NCBI GenBank assembly: GCA_013265495.1
Contig: MU058432.1
Span: forward strand, 137,985 to 201,984
DNA from: Vicugna vicugna
Taxonomy: Eukaryota
Length of the DNA: 64,000 bases
Direction of reading: 5' to 3'
The position numbers were made by a program, and so were the translations under genes. The notes beneath the pieces were generated by a model that worked only from the letters and a program-made list of their open reading frames with translations, did no database searches and was not told where the DNA came from. Below, one piece after another: positions 59,201 through 64,000 of this stretch. The stretch's first letter is position 1. Each line of letters opens with the position of its first letter.

Positions 59201-62200
59201 TGATACCTCATTGTAGTTTTGGTTTGCAATTCTCTGCTTATTAGTGATACTGAGCATTAAAAATACTAAATTTTGTCAAGTGCCTTTTCTTCATTTAATG
59301 AGGTGATCATACTGTTTTTATCCTTTTCCAGCTAATGTCATAAATCACATTGATTGATTCATATATTTTGAATAAACCTTGCATCTCAGGGATAAATCCC
59401 ACTTCACAATAATGAGTCATCCTTCTCTTGAATTTGCTTTGCTAGTATATTGTCAGTGACTTTGCATCTGTGTTTATCAGGTTTATTGGCATGTAAATTT
59501 GTTTTCTTATACTGTATTTTTCTGTCTTTTTTATCAGGGGTGATGCTGCCTTGTCAAATGTCTGAAAGCATTTCATTCTTTTCCATTTTTGTAGTAGATT
59601 TTGAGAGGAATTTATATTGATTCTTCTTTTTATTTTTTATTGAGTTATAATTGACATCTAACATTATGTTACTTTCAGGTGTACAATATAATGATTTGAT
59701 AGTTGTGCTTATTGAGAAATGAGCCAAAATAATTGTAGTTAATATATGTCAACACATTTACTTCACAGTTTTTCCTTGTGATCAGAATGTTAAAAGCTAC
59801 TCTCCTAGCATCTTTCAATTATGTAATAAAGTATTATTAATTACAGTCCCTGGGCTACATGACCTGTATATTTTATAAGTTTGTATGTTTTGACCCATTC
59901 ACTCATTTTGCTCACCTCACACCCAGCCTCTGGAAACTACCATTTATGTTTTGTACGTGTGATCTTGGTTTTTTGTCTGTTTGTTTTAAATTTTACGTAT
60001 AAGTACAATTGTATGGCAGTTGTTTTCTCCTGTCTAGCTTATTTCATTTATCGTAATACCCTCAAGATCCATCCATGTTGTCATAAACCGCAAGATATTC
60101 TTTTATATGGCTGAGTAATATTCCGTTGTATATAAACCATATTTGTTATTTGTCAATCTTTGGATGAACACTTAGTTGTTTCCATATGTTGGCTCGTGTA
60201 AATAATGCTGCAATAAACATGGAGATGCATGTATCTTTTTGTTAGTGTCTTTGTTTTCTTTAAATAAATACGAAGAAGTGGAAGTGATGGATCATATTGT
60301 AGTTTCCCTTTTAATATTTTGAAGAACACCAAACTATTTTTCATAGTGACTGCACCAATTTACATCCCCATCAACAGGCATTGTGGCTTAGGAAGTCTGC
60401 TGATGGGTGGGGCTGTGTTCCTACCCAGTATGTTGTTTGGCCTGAGGCTTCCTAACCCTTAAACCTACATGATGTTGTTTGGGGCTAGGTCTTGGTGCTG
60501 ATGATCCAATCAAAATGTCAACCTCCAGGAAAGCTCATGTAGATGAACACTCCCAGAATGTCTGCCACTAGCTTTTATGTCCCCTTGGTGAGACACAGCC
60601 ATCCCCTACCTCCTCAGGAGACCCTCCAAAACCAGCAGGCAGGTTTGGCCTAGGTTCCTATGAAATGACTGCCTCTGCACTTGGACCTGGCGCATGTGGG
60701 ATTCTATGTACGCTTCCCAAGAGAATGAAGTCTCTGTTTACCCCAGTCCCATGGGACTCCTGAAGTTAAGCCCCACAGCACCACTGGCCTTCAAAACCAG
60801 ATTTCCTGGGATCTCTTCCTCCTCCCAGTGCTAGGACCCTGGGCTGGGGAGCCTGGCATGAGGCTCAGAATTCTGACCCTTGTGGAAGGGCCTCCATTGG
60901 CCTATGTGTCTGGTTTTTGTGCAGTACCATGCTGTTTTGATTACTGTAGCTTTATAGTATAATTTGAATTTAGGGTGTGTGACATCACCAGCTTTTTTCA
61001 TTATTCTCAAGATTACTTTGGCAACTTGAAGTCTTTTGTGGGTTCATATGTATTTTAAAATTATTTGTTCTAGTTATCTGAAAATTGTCATGGGTATTTT
61101 GATAGGTTTTGCATTAAAGCTGTACCTTGCTTTGGAAAGTACGACAATTTTAACTATATTAATCCTTCAATCAAAGGGCATGTGATATCATTCCATTTCT
61201 TCGAATCTCTTCAATTTCCTTTATCAGTGTTTTATTGTTTCAGACTATACGTCTTTCACCTCCTTGGTTAAGTTTATTTCCAGGTATTTTATACTTTTTG
61301 ATGTGATTTTCAAATGGAAATTTTTTGCTTTCTCTTTCTGATACTTTACGATTAGTGAATAGAAAAGCAACATGTTTTCTGTGTGTGAGTCTTTTTTGTT
61401 TTTGTTGGTGATGCAGGATTCTTTATTACCAAATACACAAGAAAGGAAAACAATAATTTGGTGGAAAATCATGAAAACATCACCCAGGGTCCTTGGTTTC
61501 TTTATTTTCCCAATAATTTTCTTGATTGATTGAAAGTACATTCTGGAAAGTAGAGGTCATGCCTTATGCTTTAGAATCACACCATTTTAAAATTGAAAAA
61601 GATCCAGCAAATTATCTCAGCTGCTAGAAATTCAGAAGCCTCAAGGTTTAAGCTGATTATATCAATGAATAAAAATGTTGGACAGGGGACATCATGACAT
61701 GGAAAACAAACTATTTTTTTTGGAGGGGAGGTAATTAGGTTTATTTGTTTATTATCTTTGGAGGAGGTCCTAGGGAATTAACCTGGGACCTCGTGCATGC
61801 TAAGGGTGTGGCTTACCACTTGAGCTATATCCTCCCCCTGTAAATTAAAATTGTATCCTTCAATTTCACTGAATTCATTTATTAGCTCTAATAGCCTTCT
61901 GTTGGGGAATTTAGGGTTTTCTGTGTGTAGTATCATATCATCTGCAAATAGTGACAGTTTTACTTCCTTTCCAATTTGAATGCATTTTGATTCTTTTTAT
62001 TGTCTGATTTCTGTGTCTAGGACATCCAATATTATGTTAAATAGAAGTGGTGAGAGTGGGCATTCTTGTCTTGTTCCTGAATTTAGAGAAAAGGCTTTCA
62101 GCTTTGAGTAGGATGTTAGCTGTGGATTTGTCACAAATGGACTTTATTTTGTTGAGGTATGTTTGCTCCATACCAAATTTGATGAGAGTTTTGATCATGA

Positions 62201-62500
62201 ATAAATGTTGAATTTTGACGAATGCTTTTTCTGCATCTACTAAGATGATCATCTAATTTTTATCCTTTCTTTTAATTATGTAGTGCATCACATTGATTAA
62301 TTTGCAAGTAATGAACCATACTTGTGAACCTGGAATAATTCTATTTGATCATGGTGCATCATTTTTTATATATTATTGGATTCTGTTTACTATTATATTG
62401 CTGATGATTTCTGCATACATATTAATCAAGGATATTGGCCTATAATTTTTTTTCTATGGTGTCTGCGGTTTTGGTATCAGAGTAATGGTGGCCTCACTGA
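53240..62500 (-). mobile_element. Cluster of nested, decayed L1 elements (younger inserts at about 55040-57740 and 58400-59258; 5' UTR fragment at about 60380-60895)
   Basis: Many ORF2 peptide fragments ([45 protein letters not shown]) and several separate 3' ends. Confidence 0.95.
61713..61838 (-). mobile_element. tRNA-derived SINE (Vic-1 type)
   Basis: GGACCTCGTGCATGCTAAG...TACCACTTGAGCTATATCCTCCCC. Confidence 0.88.
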
Positions 62501-62504
62501 ATCT

Positions 62505-62755
62505 TTTTGCAGTAGTAACACCAGAAGTCAATGGTTACAGATCACCACAATCAATATAAAAATAATGAAAGTGTTTGAAATATTGTGAGAATTCCCAAAA
62601 TATAACACTGAAACGTGGAGTCAGCAAGTGCTGTTGGAAAAAATGACACTGATAGACTTGCTTGACACAAGATTGCCACAAATCTTCAATTTGTAAAAAA
62701 CCCCATATCTGCAAAGCTCAAGACAGCAAAGCACTATAAAATGAGGTATGTCTAT
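62505..62755 (+). mobile_element. Tigger1-like 3' terminal fragment
   Basis: GCTGTTGGAAAAAATG...GATAGACTTGCT...CTTCAATTTGTAAAAAA...AAAATGAGGTATGTCT. Confidence 0.85.
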
Positions 62756-64000
62756 ACACAACATTTGAGTTCCTAGCCATGCATTAGAGGTTTGCATTTT
62801 CTGAACTCATTGTCAAACTTACATAGACACCATTAGGTTATAAAACAATAACCTTTGAGGGAAAACAGGTAACTAAAATTATGTTAAATGTGAATTCCAG
62901 TGTACCTAATTTTGTTTTATTTACTAGGCTTCATTTCCTGAGTCATCCCGAGAAAAATTATTTTGCTTCTCCTGTTTCTTCAAATTTTTGTAAACACTTA
63001 AAAAGTGAAATATTTGTGAAAGCAATGCAAAATCCTCGGCTTCTAACCTATGTTGGTTTACTCCTAAATTTGGTAAGAATTTGAATCATCATCCTTAATG
63101 CTCTTTGGAGGATGTAGAAACGTGAGGCTTATTGTTATGGGTATAAAGCCATTTGTTTGCTCAAAAGCTGGTGGCATCGTGAGCACAAATACATCAATAC
63201 ATTTTGAAGCTGGACAATTTTAACTACTTCAGTGCACAGCTACTTATGTGGCTTTGTGAGTAGGTGTACTTCAGAGACAGAAACTCTTGCTTCTTTCATT
63301 CTAGGTTTGAGAAATTTAGAATAGCAATTAGTAGTCCCTATTTAGGACTTCTGAGAATTATATACTATATGCATTTGACTAAGAATTTCCCATTTGCACA
63401 GTGATTGTAATTTCTTATTAGTAGAGACAATGGAAAGCTGAATTTTGACCATTTTATTTAAAAATGATTCATCATTCTTAAATCATTTTTATCCAAATCC
63501 TTTTTCCTTTTGAGATAGAAGAAAAGTCATCTTTGGAAAAAGATGTTTCCAAATCACATTTTGTTACATTTTGGTCCATTTTCCCTGATATGTAGGGTGT
63601 TTTAAATGGATCTATTAAATATGTATATCATTATGGTCCAGCAAATTGAAGGGTGACACACACTCAACTCTTTTAAATGTTAAAGAGTGTACATATTTTA
63701 TTCATTCTGTTTGTGAAAAAAAATCGTAAATTGATTTTCCAACCTTGTTTCCCCAAATACTGCATGATCCTTATTTTATAGTCATGAGGTAACTGAGTAT
63801 GTCAAGAGGAAAAGCAGATCTGTACTTTTCAAACCATCTGATAATGCACAGGTTGACACAGCCCAATGGAAATTGGTAGACATGCAAACAAGTTTGTGGT
63901 TTATGAAACAAATTCAGCAGCGCTCTGCTTACCCCCAAACACCCAGCCTAGTCCCTCTGATTGTTAGGGCATAGGACATTCCACTTAGATAGACACCACT

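Noticed and set aside
55649..59229. Reverse-transcriptase-related ORFs as an active element
   Set aside because: Fragmented L1 ORF2 with many stops and frameshifts.

Overview
Mammalian genomic DNA, most likely camelid (tRNA-derived Vic-1-type SINEs, cetartiodactyl-type L1 3' ends), and very repeat-rich (L1, solo ERV LTRs, MaLR, L2/MIR, Tigger and hAT relics). Three gene loci can be read from the sequence. (1) A heavily decayed two-domain Ly6/uPAR (RoBo-1/PINLYP-like) pseudogene on + at about 8.7-12.4 kb, with a possible further Ly6 exon relic at 13.15 kb. (2) An intact Ly6/uPAR gene on - with three coding exons (42815-42749, 36326-36150, 34578-34388; 144 aa; signal peptide, one 8-Cys LU domain, GPI-type tail), probably LYPD9, with a CpG-rich CCAAT/E-box promoter at about 43.2-43.4 kb. 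The ORF track shows this gene only as three unrelated fragments. (3) An intact single-exon class II, family-2-like olfactory receptor on - (49037-48108). The layout resembles the Ly6-cluster/OR-cluster boundary of human 1q44 and mouse chr11 (inferred from recalled synteny, not searched). Structural oddities include five same-family solo LTRs within 7.5 kb, an L1 reduced to a 5' UTR joined to its 3' end, a recent 343-bp tandem duplication and an unexplained pair of overlapping ORFs at 52.5-53.1 kb. No prokaryotic features or CRISPR arrays were seen. Repeat family names come from recognition by eye and need RepeatMasker confirmation.
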